DNA of 62,679 nt from Octopus sinensis (taxonomy: Eukaryota). Shown here piece by piece: positions 39,351-52,488 of this stretch. The DNA lies in NCBI RefSeq assembly GCF_006345805.1, contig NW_021832132.1:1-62679 (forward strand), written 5' to 3'. The notes below the pieces were generated by a model. It saw only the letters and a program-made list of their open reading frames with translations. It was not told where the DNA came from and made no database searches. Both the position numbers and the translations under genes were made by a program. Each line of letters begins with the position of its first letter. Position 1 is the first letter of the stretch.

Positions 39351-39677
39351 TTATTTAACGCAGACATGACGACCATCGGTGATGAATTTTTTCTTTTCTT
39401 GTTTTCTTCGATGCTATCCACAAAAGTTTCCCAATGAATATTCTGGACTGTTCAGTGCTCATTAGCTTCTCCGCAACTCATTTCTATACCGCTGAAATAC
39501 TCCTTAGAGGAATACGAAGCAGGAATACATAGTGTATAGGCGTATTACTCGAGCATGCCACGTCTTCACGATGTGCTAGCAGCCAGAATACTCATGAAAA
39601 TATCAGCAATTCAAATGAATAAAGTAGAAACGAATACAAACATTTCCGGTAGGATATCAATAATTCCTTTGGAGATA

Positions 39678-40086
39678 GGGCAGCGAGCTGGTAGGATCGT
39701 TAGCACATCGGGTGAAATGCTTAGCGGTATTTCGTCTGCCGCGAGTTCAAATTACGCTGAGGTCGACTTTGCCTTTCATCCTTTCGGGGTCGATTAAATA
39801 AGTACCACTTACGCACTAGGATCGATGTGATCGACTTAATCCCTTAGTCTGTCCTTGTTTGTCCTGTCTATGTTTAGCCCCTTGTGGGTAGTAAAGAAAT
39901 AGGTATTTCGTCTACCGCTACGTTCTGAGTTCAAATTCTGCTGAGGTCGATTTTGCCTTTCGTACTTTCGTGGGGTTGATTAAATAAATACCAGTTACGA
40001 ACTGGTGTCGATGTAATCGACTTAATCCCTTTGTCTGTCCTTGTTTTCCCACTCTATGTTTAGCTCCCTGTGGGCAATAAAGAAAT
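39678..40086 (+). mobile_element. SINE-B dimer
   Basis: Junction gtagtaaagaaata|ggtatttcgtcta near 39901. The right unit ends gggcaataaagaaata. Confidence 0.88.
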
Positions 40087-40243
40087 AAATATTTCCTTTC
40101 GAGATGTCTTAATATCGTTCTGTAACTTTCATAACACGCCTCAATAGAAAGCTATATTCGATGTACACAAGTTAACAATTAATTCCTTTATCTACTCCCG
40201 GAAAGATGAACTGCAAACAAAACAATTTAAAAGTTCATAAATA

Positions 40244-40665
40244 AGGTGCAAGGGAGGCTCTGTGGCAAGAAGCTTGCTTCCCCACCACATGGTTCCGGGT
40301 TCACTCCCACTGCGTGGCACCTTGCTCAAGTGTCTTCTCTCATAGCCGCGAACCGACCAAAGCGTTGTGAGTGGATTTGCTATATGGAAACTGAAAGAAG
40401 CTCGTCGTATATACGTATATCTCTGTGTCTTTGTGCATGTGTTTGCCCCCCCCCCACACACACACACACAACACTGCTTGACAAGCGGTGCTCGTTTGTT
40501 TAGGTCCCCGTAACATAGGCGGTTCGGTAAAAGAGACTGATGAAATAAATGCCAGACATTCAAAAATAAAAATAACTACCGGGGCCGATGCATTCGACAA
40601 AACAATTCTTCAAGGCGGTGCCCCAGCATGGCCGCAGTTTAATGATCGAAACAAGGAAAAGATAG
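40244..40665 (+). mobile_element. SINE-A, full length
   Basis: Homologous to 833-1233. Confidence 0.85.
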
Positions 40666-40677
40666 ATAATGATTTCA

Positions 40678-40822
40678 AATTTTGCCACGAGAGCAGCAAC
40701 TTTGGAGAAGGGAATGAGTCGATTACGTGGATCCCAGTGTTCAACTGGTACTTATTTTATCGACTCTAAAGGACGAACGGTAAAGTCGACCTCACGGGAA
40801 TTTGAACTCAATACGTAGTGGC
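40678..40822 (-). mobile_element. SINE-B, old form, partial
   Basis: gagtcgattacgtggatcccagtgttcaactggtacttattttatcgac. Confidence 0.7.
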
Positions 40823-41739
40823 AATACTGTTGAGATTAAAGAAGTTTTAAAAATATCTATTTTAATATATATCACAATCTCGAATATAATTTAACGGCTG
40901 TTAGCATAATTTGTGGACATGTAAACCTGAGGATAACAGTTAAACTGCCGCCCTTAAATAGTGAACATTAGAGTGAAAATTAAAACATTCATGTTGCTGT
41001 TGTTTTATTGTTGCTGTTAGCTCTGCCTCATAAATATCTGTAACCAAAAGGATTCAAGAAATGAAAATACAATATATTTTATAGGTTACAAATTGTGTAT
41101 CTCGAATTATATTATTCAAGATGTCATCGCTTTAACACGATAGACTGAATTTCGATAAAGATTGAGCTAATATTTGTATCAGATTTAGCGAGCACGTTTG
41201 TGAAATCAAGGACATTGGATTAAAATGCATTAAATTTTTGCCCTTCAAATGGGAAGAATTTGCGACTGCGACGACCATAAACTGAGAAATATTAAGCTGA
41301 AAAAGAGAACCAAATCATTAGGAAAAAACAGCTGTAATTTCAGAGGAAACAAGAAGCACGACAGCATAAACAAGGAAACCAAACATCGCTGCACGGCTTG
41401 CAACTAATCACCCTCAATTCACAGTCTACATTACAAAAACCAAAAAAAGGGCGCATTAAACAACGCAGTTCCTGATATACAAAGATACATGATTGCCACT
41501 GGGCAGTGAAGTTTTATTTGTATATATTTATACAGAATTTTTTGGATGACCTTCGATCATATGTCAGCTTGTTCTAGGTTAACAACAATTCGTATACATT
41601 TCGTCGGGAACAGAGTCGACAGTGAACGTGAAAACCGTGAATGTACACAGAGAATAAACTGACCTAAGACTATAAGCAAAAACGTTAACTTGCAATAGGG
41701 ATAATATAAAACAGGGGACATACTAAGAAATATTCAGAG

Positions 41740-42600
41740 AGAGACAGACAGACAAAATGAGAGAGAGAGAGAGAGGTGGGGAGAGAGAGATTGACATTAG
41801 GGATGTAAATGAAACAGGAGAACAGAATGGAAGAGAGAAATGAAAAGAATATGTACAAAAAATATTAGGAAGATAGAGAGTAGTCTATTAAAGTGAGAGA
41901 GAAAAAATATAGAAAGCGTAACAATCAGAGAGAAAGAGAAGGGGAAGCGGGGAGGAAGTTAGAAAATGAAGGAGAGATATAAGTATATAACGCACACAAA
42001 GAAAACGTAAGAAGACTTTTGGTTAAAAGAGTTTTAGGTAAAAATGGGAGATGGAAAAAATCGTCACAATAGGTAAGAAATGTTACATAAAAGATGGTGT
42101 TGAGAAAGGGATTATGGGTAAAGATGCAGAGACGATTGGGTGAAAGAGTGAGTATATGGGAGGGTGGTGGGGAGTGAAAATGAGAGAGAAGAGGAGGAAA
42201 AATGTTGATAAAATGACAGAGGAAGAATTAGTTATGATTTAAAAACTGAAAAAGAAGAATATTGAAAAAAGAAATCCAGATAGAGACAGACTGAAAATGA
42301 AGGACGAAAATACAGGAATAAATAAAAAAAAAAAAGAGGGGTGTGAAAGATTAATGCAAGATATGAGAATAAGAAACAAGAAGAAAGAAGCTAAGAAAAA
42401 GGATAAAGTGTAAAGGAAAAGTGAAAATAGTGTGAGAAAAGAAAGAAATATACGATATACACAAAAACGTTTTAAAGAAACAGGTAATGATAGAGAAAAG
42501 AAAATATGAAAGGATGGAGAATAAAATTAAAATATAGAGAAAGAAGGCATGAAAGAATAAAGGAAAGAAAAAACAGAGCGTGAAAGATAGAAAGTAAGTG
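41740..42600. repeat. Purine-rich (GA) low-complexity tract
   Basis: About 860 bp, strongly A/G-biased on the + strand. Confidence 0.8.
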
Positions 42601-42727
42601 ATGTTAGACATTAACAGAGTGTGACAAAACGATGTAGTTTTTTTTATTTAATGAGTTATTACTGTTATATATATATATATATATTATGTGTGTGTGTGTA
42701 TGTATATATATGTATATATATATATAG

Positions 42728-42785
<58 letters not shown>

Positions 42786-43273
42786 TATATGTGTCATTTT
42801 TTTTATTATTATTTTTTTAATTGTCAAAACGAAAACTATAGTCACCGAACGTCTGAGAAACAAATATAATAAGATAAATTAAAACAGAAACGACAAAACT
42901 GGGAATTAACACCAGAAACAAAGAGAGACAGATAGACAGACAGACAGACAGAGAGAAAGAGAGATAGAGAGAAAGAAAGAGGAAGAGTGAGAGAAAAATC
43001 AAAATGAAACAAAAAAAATATGGTTGCTGAACATTTTCCTTTCATGATTCCGAGAAAGAAAAAAAAATTAATTTTTTTTTTTAATATTTTAAAATACATT
43101 ATACTTTTTCAAGAAAATAAATAATACAGATATTTATTAACTGAGAAACTATAATATCACAATAATTATTGGAAAAATTGTTGTTTTGGCTTGGCTGTTT
43201 TTTTTCTACTTCTTTGCTTATATGCGTGCTTCTTTATTTGTTTGCTCAAAGGTTTCTTTCTATAATTTTGTTG

Positions 43274-43547
43274 TATATATTGGCTATTTCTATTTATTTA
43301 TATATTTATTTATTTATTTATTTATCTATTTATTTTCTTGTACAACCATTTCAATTGCAATAACTTTTATTTATCCATCATATAAGTAGTCATCAATAGA
43401 ATACACATGTTATAGAGTAACAGACATGGGGTTTGGGTGGGGGTGACGGCGGGGGTGTTGTTATTGTTGGTGGTGGTATATAGGTGGTGGTGGTACTACT
43501 ACTGTTATTGCTAAAATAGTAAAAAATGTTATTATTATTATTATTAT

Positions 43548-43579
<32 letters not shown>

Positions 43580-43857
43580 TCATTATACCACTGCTGTAGC
43601 TACACACTGATAATCACCATGAAAGCTGTTTGGAAAAAATGTTCGAAAGAATGTATTTAATTTTGGTTATTTTATTTATTTATATATTTATTTATTTATT
43701 TGCATTATTACTGCTATGCTTTTTTTGTTTTCTCAAATATACGTGGCTCTTCATTGTTACATACATACATACACACATAATTGATATAAGTGTATGTATA
43801 TGCACATACATTAAGAGGAAAAGACATTCACACACAGGCACGCATACATACAGTTAT

Positions 43858-43912
<55 letters not shown>

Positions 43913-44311
43913 AAGAGATATTGTTGTTGGTTGTTCCTTTTCGAGTTATGCCTGGTTCATAAGGGCCGGTTTCCCGGTTTCCTTGGCGTATAGGTTCCCC
44001 ACCTGGACGGGGCGCCGGTCCGTCGCAGGTGAGCTGCAAGACGCAGGACGAAAGAGTGAAAGAAAATTGTGGCGAAAGAGTCAGCAGAAGTTCGCCATTA
44101 CCTTCTACCGGAGCCGCGTGGAGCTTAGGTGTTTCAGTCATAAGCACGCACATCGCCCGGTCTGAGATTCGAACCCTCGACCGTGATCCCGCTGTTCTAA
44201 CCACTAGGCCATGTGATTGATGACTATTTATATGATGGATAAATAAAAGTTATTGCAATTGAAATGACTGTACAAAATAAATATATATATATATATAAAC
44301 AGAAATAGCCA

Positions 44312-44318
<7 letters not shown>
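43274..44318. repeat. About 110-bp inverted repeat (arms 43274-43397 and 44216-44318)
   Basis: catttcaattgcaataacttttatttatccatcatataa is the exact reverse complement across the two arms. The ORF track shows the same ISIAITFIYPSYK on opposite strands. Confidence 0.9.
43925..44215 (-). mobile_element. SINE with a C-like head and centre and a different GC-rich tail (T4)
   Basis: Reverse complement: cacatggcctagtggttagaac...gggttcgaatctcagaccgggcg...gctccacgcggctccgg...ctcacctgcgacggaccggcgccccgtccagg. Confidence 0.8.
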
Positions 44319-44347
<29 letters not shown>

Positions 44348-45099
44348 TGTGTGTGTGTGTGTGTGGTGTGTGTGTGTGTCTGTCTGTCTGTCTGTCTGTC
44401 TGTCTTATGTGTATGTGTGTATGCGTGTCCTGGACATGACATAAAACTACATCCAGTGGTATGGATCCTGTTTGGGAGTTCTGGAGCTCTGAGTAGCATG
44501 GAGTAACCCCTTAACTGCCATTTCTGCCAGGTCCGTATCTGTATCTGTGGGGAAGTCTGCTCTTCTAGTAGAAATATATAGTAACAAAAACTAGCACTCA
44601 AAATAGTACGAGACATCTTCTAGTGATTGTCACTATAACCTAATATGGCGACCGGGAGTGTGCAAAAAAAGCGTTGAACCAGCTTTTGGCACTGTAATCC
44701 AATGATGTACCGATGCCTGGCTATCATTTCATTTCTTGATCCGTTTCCTATTTTAATATCCTTAAACATGCAAGAATAAAGTGATTTAGAACAATCTGAC
44801 CGAATGTGACACGGGTGTCATCTAACAGGATGAAGCAATCGTCATGTATTAGGTATGCATATATATATATATATGTGTGTGTGTGTGGTGTGTGTGTGTG
44901 TGTTTGCGTCTGTATGTATGTGCGCATGCGTGATACATGTCGGAAGATCTCCGTTGTTCAGCAATGAGATATCAGTTGTTTATTCATGCATTATCTGAAT
45001 AACGATATCATTCAGAATTCCACATACGACGGTACCATGAACATAATTCTCAGGGAGTACCACCATGGTATATCCAATAAATTTTTTTATTACATGTAC

Positions 45100-45460
45100 C
45101 AGAAATCTACCGCACTGGTTGTGTGGCATCTTAGGCAGATCTGTTTTACTATTACACCAAGGTCACAAAAGACGTGTGTGTAGATTTGGTAGGCTGAAAC
45201 TGGAAGAAGCCCGTCGTTTATATAAATATATGTATGTGTGTGTGTGTTTGTTTGTCTTTGTGATATTTGCCCAAACCATCGGTTGATGAAAGGTGTTGGT
45301 GTGTTTTCGTTCTTGTAACCTGGCGGTTCAGCGAAAGACACCGATAGAATATGTACCATGCTTAGAACTAATGTCACTACTGGTGCGATTACTTCGACTA
45401 ATATTCCTTAAGACAACGTTTCCACATGGCCACATTGTAATGAGCGCAAAAAGTAAAGTT
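45100..45460 (+). mobile_element. SINE-A, decayed
   Basis: gatttggtaggctgaaactggaagaagcccgtcg...gacaccgatagaatatgtac. Confidence 0.7.
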
Positions 45461-45727
45461 TAAAGACGAATATATAATTCACACGATGCCGTAGAAACTG
45501 AAAATTGATCAAGATATCTTGTACAGGGATCGAACCCAGGACCTCTTGTGCTTCACACAAGCTTGTTTGCTATTCGCTGGTACTGCCGGTTCACCCACAG
45601 ACAAATGAGCGCGTATTGTAAGTACTTAGCAACATTTTAATGTCTGGAAATAGTGAAAATATAATAGAATAATATATTTTTTTCTAAACTTGCGTGTGCG
45701 CATGTGTGTGTGTGTGCCTATGTGTAA

Positions 45728-45775
<48 letters not shown>

Positions 45776-46657
45776 CATATATATATGTATATGTACAGTA
45801 TATGTGTGTGTATATATATATATATCATGCAGATGTATACACTGTATATATGTGTGTGTATATATATATATATATATATACATACATATATTATATTGTA
45901 TATGCGTGTATATATATGTGTGCTTGTATGTGTATGTACATATACGAGTATGTGTGAGGGAGGGTATTCAAAGAGAGAGAGGGAGAAAGAAGAAGAAGAA
46001 TGATACTAATTATAAAGACAACCAGAAACCGACAGCGAGAGCAAGCAGCACGTAACATCAACAAATACCAAAATGCGAAAACATGTTTAAATAACCCAGT
46101 AGTATGGCCAGCGTTGTCTTCTGATAATAACTCATAATACAGAAAAAGCCAGCAAATAACAATGACATACGTTGATTAGAAGCCATGAGATCAGCATAGC
46201 GTGATAGTGTAATAATACCCGAGAGGAGAGCAATATAGTTAGCGTATGTTTAACCTCGGCGGAATCGAATGGGTATCGAATGAATGCACAGGGTGCAGTG
46301 GTTAGTACTGAGGGCAGATTTCTCCGGTTACTTCATTAGCGTGGCCTGTTGTTAGTCTTCTCTTCTGCTACCAGCACTTGCTACTTGATGAACTTAGCGC
46401 TGTTTAGATTATCATCAGCTGAAGCAGTTATTCATTATCTTTCTCATACCACACTCCTCTCTTTCTCCTCCTCCTCTCTTTCTGTACATACACACACACA
46501 CATATATGTGTTATGTACACATATATAGAGGCATACGTATACGCAAGCATAGTTACATAAGCGAATAGATATAAGAAATAACAAACAACACAAAGAACAA
46601 ATAGGTAAGTACATGTAAGGTACTAATTATTTGTATATGATATATATATATATATTT

Positions 46658-46695
<38 letters not shown>

Positions 46696-46713
46696 CGCAC
46701 GCACCCACACACA

Positions 46714-46752
<39 letters not shown>

Positions 46753-47134
46753 GGATAGATATGTAAATAGATGAATAACATAGACCGCTAGATAGAAGAA
46801 TGGATGGATGGCAACATCAAAGAACAAGTAATGCTGAAATTATTAGGTGCGTATATAGCAATAGATGAAGCTATACACATAGAGACGGAGAGCAAAAATT
46901 ACAGATATACAGACATCTACACACAGGTACACATCTCACACCCATACGTGAGAGAGATTGCAAATATTTGCTTGGTACACTACTCTTTAATTCAGTGAAA
47001 TAATTGTACATTTAAAACTTTTACACTATTTCTATAAGTAATGGGATCTGTCTGCCTGTGTATATATATGTGTGTTTGGGGCATATATATATATATATGT
47101 ATGTATGAATATATATGTATATATATATATATAT

Positions 47135-47165
<31 letters not shown>

Positions 47166-47284
47166 ATATATATATATATATATATAACGGGGAGCTTTAT
47201 GAAAATAGACAAAAGACGAAGGCAGGTGGAAAACAAACGAACAATTGTATTAGTATGGCGCTCAGGAAATATAAATAAAACAAG

Positions 47285-47322
47285 TCTTTAACGTTTCGAG
47301 CCTACGCTCTTCAACAGAAAGA
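47285..47322 (-). ncRNA. Minimal type I hammerhead-ribozyme-like motif in a ~150-bp mini-element (47187-47335)
   Basis: Reverse complement: UCUUU CUGUUGA A GAGC guag GCUC GAA ACGU U AAAGA. Stems I and II pair perfectly and stem III is palindromic. The core deviates from CUGANGA at position 6 and has an extra A. Confidence 0.55.
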
Positions 47323-48887
47323 TACACAGAGAGAATATATATATATATATATAATATATATAATATATATATATTATATATAATATATATATTATATATT
47401 GTATATTATATATATATGTATGTATGTATGTATGTGTATATATATATGCCAGTGGCTTTTTCGTTCTTCCATTCATTTCTGCAACTCTGTTATTGCCTAC
47501 TTGAAGAAAAGGAACAGAATATTTCAACATTCACATGACCCTTGTATGGTTTACATTAAATCTGACGCAGTAAAGATACCTCAAGTTATGGTTAGTTTTT
47601 ATAGGTGAAAGCTTCTTCAGAACCAGCCACACTTTTGGGAAACGGTAACAGAATGGTGGTGCACATATTTCTCACAAACTTATGACCAATATACCACGAA
47701 CTTTTCCATTAGAGTTCTTCATATCCTGGTTTAGTTACCTTCGTTACGCTTTAGAGTTCGAACCAGCCAGTTTGGTTTAATGCACAACTGGGTACCAAAC
47801 AAAAATGTTCTAATATATCATTCAACAACGGTAGTAGTTAAATAATATTCTTAAGACCGCAATTTACTCACAGGCACCATCTTTCAGAGCTTGTCGCTAA
47901 TTCAGTTCTGAACCAAATTAAAAACTGTTCACATTATCTTGGCATAAGAAATTGAGATTTGGTCCAGTAGAAAAAGTGTACAGCAAAATTTGTTGCAACG
48001 TTATAAGAGATTAAGTAATGCCACCAATCAAGTTGTGATCAACATAACTTATTTATTTTAAGACCAAAATATATTTATCTTAACTTCAATGATAGAAGAA
48101 AGCATGAAGGATTTCATAGCTTTGGTCCCATGCAGCAAAAGTTTGTATAAAAAAAGTTTTGAGGTAAAATATCACGAAAAGAAATTTAACTGAGGCAAAA
48201 AATTGGATTTATGTATAATTAACTTTTTTATTTTATAAACAAACTATATTCTAATTAAGCTTAAATACTAGAGCTCGATTCGAGGAATTTTATGATACAA
48301 ATCTCATGCATTGAAGTTTAAAAAGAGAAAAAGTTATGAGTGTTTGTTTCTCAAATTTGAAGGTGATAATAGAGTTGTATACTTTTTTGTGGATATAGTT
48401 CTATAAGGGGACTTTTAATATATGTTACTGGAATCATTTGGATAAGGAAAAAAATTATCAACGACACCGATAATTGACACATTTGACACATTATTAATTA
48501 GCATAACAGCATAGCCTGGAAAAAACATGGATTACATGGAAAAATGCGCGCAATAGAAATCATATCCTTAAAATTATAAACGAGGAAAATTACAGGACAA
48601 GTCATTACAATTGCAAAAGATTAGGACAACTTATTACATCTGGTAAAATACAGACAAGAAAAATATTACAGCTAAGGATAAAATCTGAATATTAAAAATT
48701 ATTTTATTTTAATTTACAGAGTAGCTGCAATATTTTAAGTAAAAATTTTCTTATTTTTTACTTTATCAAATGTAATAACTTGTCGTGAACTTTTCCAAGA
48801 GTAATAACTTGTCGTGTAATAACTTGTCCAGGTTCATAATCTTAAGAATATTATCTCCCTTGCACGCATTTTTCCATGTAATATATA

Positions 48888-49209
48888 AAAAGACTCCGCC
48901 GGTTACGACGACGAGGGTCCCAGCTGATACGATCAACGGAACAGCTTGCTCGTGAAATTAACGTGCAAATGGCTGAGCATTCCACAGACACGTGTACCCT
49001 TAACGTAGTTCTCGGGGATAATCAGCGTGACACAGAGAGTGACAAGGCTGACCCTTTGAAGTACAAGTACAACTCATTTTTGCCAGCTGAGTGGACTGGA
49101 GCAACGTGAAATAAAGTGTCTTGCTCAAGGACACAACGCGTCGCCGGGAATCGAACTCACAACCTTACGATCATGAGCCGAATGCCCTAACCACTAAGCC
49201 ACGCGCCCT
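48888..49209 (-). mobile_element. SINE family E (D-type head plus T1 tail) with a 13-bp TSD
   Basis: Reverse complement: gagggcgcgtggcttagtgg...gagttcgattcccgg...tgtgtccttgagcaagacactt...gtcgtaaccggcggagt. TSD catgtaatatata at 48875-48887 and 49210-49222. Confidence 0.9.
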
Positions 49210-49232
49210 CATGTAATATATATGCATGTGCG

Positions 49233-49410
49233 AAATGCCGTTACGTTCTGAGTCTAAATTCCACTCAGGTTGACTTTGCCTTTTACTTTTTCGGGGTCGA
49301 TTAAATAAGTACCAGTTACGCAATGGGGTCGATGTAAACCACTTAATCCCTATGTCTTTCCTTTTACATCCCCTCTTTATTTAACTCCCTGTGGGCAATA
49401 AAGAAATGAA
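49233..49410 (+). mobile_element. SINE-B, young form, 5'-truncated
   Basis: gttacgttctgagtc...tgtgggcaataaagaaat. Confidence 0.8.
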
Positions 49411-49599
49411 AATATGTATGTGGATATGTGTGTGTGTGTGTCTGTGTGTTTCTCACGTGGAACGAAATTGAGTCTCCTAAGTTCTTTGACGACTTTTGTA
49501 TTTCATCCCAGATGTCCAAAATCCCCTCTACAAATCAAGCAGGTTTCGTGCTATTGCTGGTTTATCGCTGATGGACCAATCATGCAACAGATTGGGTTC

Positions 49600-50233
49600 C
49601 ATGTAACCAGTATATGTTCTTCCTTATTTTTTCCTTCTTTCAGTCCCTCATATTAATGTTTCCCCTTTCATTATCCTTCTTTTTGTTCAATTTCCTCTAT
49701 GTCATGTTGATATCTTCATTGCATCTTCCTTCACCATTCTCATCCATCTTACCCCATTTAAAAAATTTTCTCCGATCGCAACTCCTTCCCGTTTAATCCC
49801 CTCCATTCTTTATTTCTTTTTCTTTTCACTTTCCTCTTTTCTCGTTGCTTGTTTTACTTATATTTAAATTTACATATTTTCTTTTTCATACACTTCTCTG
49901 TTTCGTTCTATGAATCTTCCTTTTTTTCTTTTTTCCTCGGGTTTCCCTATTTCTTACCATCCTTCACTATTTCTTACCATTTTCCTCTCTTATGCTCTTC
50001 TCTCTTACCATCCTTTCGTCATAGCTTTTTTTGTTTCCATTTTCCATAATTCATTTACACCTTTCGTTTTTCTTTCAGTATCTTTATATTTCATTTTCCT
50101 TTTCCCTATCCCTAACTTTTCACTTCCCTATTATCTGAAAATATTTACCTTTCCCTGGCTTCTTCATAAAATGTTATATAATTGCAGATCCAAAACAATC
50201 TTTCTTACTTTCACTTTTTATCATTTTTCCTAA

Positions 50234-50267
<34 letters not shown>

Positions 50268-50460
50268 CTCTCTCAATCTTCTTTTGTGATTGTCCCGCTC
50301 CTTCCACTCATTCCTTTCTTTCTCTTGTTTTCTGTCCATCTCTTTCTTTCTCTTTATAATTTTCCTTCTTTTTCCTCTTTATATCTTACGTTCTTTCCTT
50401 CTTTCTCTTTATATCTTTCGTTCTTTCTTTCTTTCGCCTTCTAATCTATTTCTCTATTCC
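49600..50460. repeat. Pyrimidine-rich (CT) low-complexity tract
   Basis: About 860 bp, strongly C/T-biased on the + strand. Confidence 0.8.
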
Positions 50461-50539
50461 CCCTGTAACGGAAACCCGTGTTATTAGCCTTCTGATGAAC
50501 TCCAAACGACCTCTAAAGTAAATAAATACGGAATGGCTT

Positions 50540-50937
50540 AAAATTTTGGCACAAGGTCAGCAATTTCGAGTTAAGGGTAAGGCAATTACTTCAACTGATA
50601 TTACTTTATCGATCCCGAAATCATGAAAGGTAAAGTCGACCTCCGCGGAATCGAACTTAGAACGTAAAGATTGACAAAATACCGCTACACATTTTACCCG
50701 GCTTGCTAACGATTTTGTCATCGCACCGCCTTAGAAAATAGACACATATTAGCCGGTAATTTCGGGGGAAGAGAAAAGTCGATTACACCAACCCAAATGT
50801 TTCACTGTTACTTAACGTATCGACCCCGAAAGAATGAAAGGTAAAGTCAACCTTCGAAATTTGAACTTAGAACGTAATGACGAATAAGACGCTGCTTAAG
50901 CATTTTACCCGACGTACTTTGCCAACACACCGCCTTA
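50540..50937 (-). mobile_element. Two adjacent old-type SINE-B copies (50540-50732, 50750-50937)
   Basis: Both contain atcga(t/c)cccgaaa..atgaaaggtaaagtc.acct and end accgcctta. Confidence 0.75.
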
Positions 50938-50966
50938 ATAAATAAATACATAAGAATAAGAAATAC

Positions 50967-51012
<46 letters not shown>

Positions 51013-51623
51013 GTAACTAGCCACTGTGAAATTGCAAGTATATATATCACAACATATTCCTTATTAGATATGTTCGCAAAGAACATATGATTCGCTTTGA
51101 AAATGGCAGAAGAAAATTATAATACCAAAAAGAGTTACAAGTCAGTGTATTCTCCTCATTGTCACTTGGCAAATTTCAGAAACTCTACTATTCGCGGAAT
51201 TTATAATGACTATAGGTAGCCAGAAACAGCGGGCGGTACCTCCAAATTCTATTGATAATGGTGATGCAGGTAACTTTTTGATGAGATCTTATCGCAAAGA
51301 GAAGTGTACTCATTGGCTTCGGAATTCTCAGCATTCCTGGGATATTCTGAGATTCAGAGATTGAATTTAATGATTAGACATGGTTGAAAGACAATATGTG
51401 TCTTTGAATTGGTTATACGTAACTGAGACTAATAAGAAAATGGAAGAGGGAAAGGTAGACTGTTTTTAAAGAGAAAAATACCAGAGGTATATCCATGAAC
51501 TCACAAATACACACACACGGGCGCGCGCATAAATGAATATGCATGTGTTAACGTGTGCGTATGTATGTATATATATATATATATATAATTTGTGTGTATA
51601 TATATATATATATATGCATGTAG

Positions 51624-52118
51624 GGGAGGCACAATGGCCCAGTAGTTAGGGCAGCGGACTCGCGGTCGTAGGATCGTGGTTTCGATTCCCAGAGCGGATA
51701 TTGTTAGTGTTTATTGAGCGAAACACCAAAAGCTCCACGATGCACCGGCAGGGCGTGGTGGTGGTGAAACCTGCTGTAATTTTTCACCACAACTTTCTCT
51801 CACTCTTTCTTCCTGTTTCTGTTGTACCTGTATTTCAAAGGGGCCAGCCGTGTCGCACTCTGTATCACGCTGAATCTCCCCGGAACACGTGTCTGTGGAG
51901 TGCTCAGCCACTTGCACGTTAATAAATGAGCTGCGACGTCACTGGTGCCATGCTGTATCGGCCTTTGCCTTTCCTTTGGGTAACATCGGCGGCGTTGAGA
52001 GGGGAGGCTGGTATGTGTGGGCGACTGCTGGTCTTCCATAAACAACCTTGCCCAGACTTGTGCCTTGGAGGGTAACTTTCTAGGTGCAATCCCATGGTCA
52101 TTCATGACCGGAGGGGAT
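51624..52118 (+). mobile_element. Chimeric SINE: C head, partial T1 tail, then the D-type T2 tail
   Basis: C head to about 51825, T1 (tgtacctgtatttcaaagg...cacttgcacgttaat) to about 51922, then aaatgagctgcgacgtcactgg...ccatggtcattcatgaccgg. Confidence 0.85.
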
Positions 52119-52138
52119 CACAACTATATGAATGTAAG

Positions 52139-52178
<40 letters not shown>

Positions 52179-52424
52179 TTATACATGTATGTATATATAT
52201 GTATGCATATTAATATATAGATACATAACAATATATAAATACGTATGCAGACATGCGCGCACAGATCTGCTTGTGCGTATACTTACTACAGGGACCTTGC
52301 AGTGCGAGATACATCAATGAGCGCAAACGTCAACTATTTCGGCAACTTCCGTCAGAATAATGTATGTATGTATGTATGTATGTATGTATGTATGTATGCA
52401 TGTATGTATGTATGTATGTATGTA

Positions 52425-52488
<64 letters not shown>

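Noticed and set aside
45523-45592. tRNA-Phe-like sequence on the - strand (cttgt-gtgaagc-acaag, gggttcgatccc)
   Set aside because: No acceptor stem or proper D-arm; at most a decayed SINE head or tRNA pseudogene.
47450-48800. Possible Tc1/mariner remnant
   Set aside because: No TIR pair or transposase motif could be read.
48774-48829. gtaataacttgtc repeated three times
   Set aside because: Most simply a local slippage duplication.
41740-50460. GA-rich (41740-42600) and CT-rich (49600-50460) tracts as one large inverted repeat
   Set aside because: Only compositional complementarity; I found no sustained alignment.
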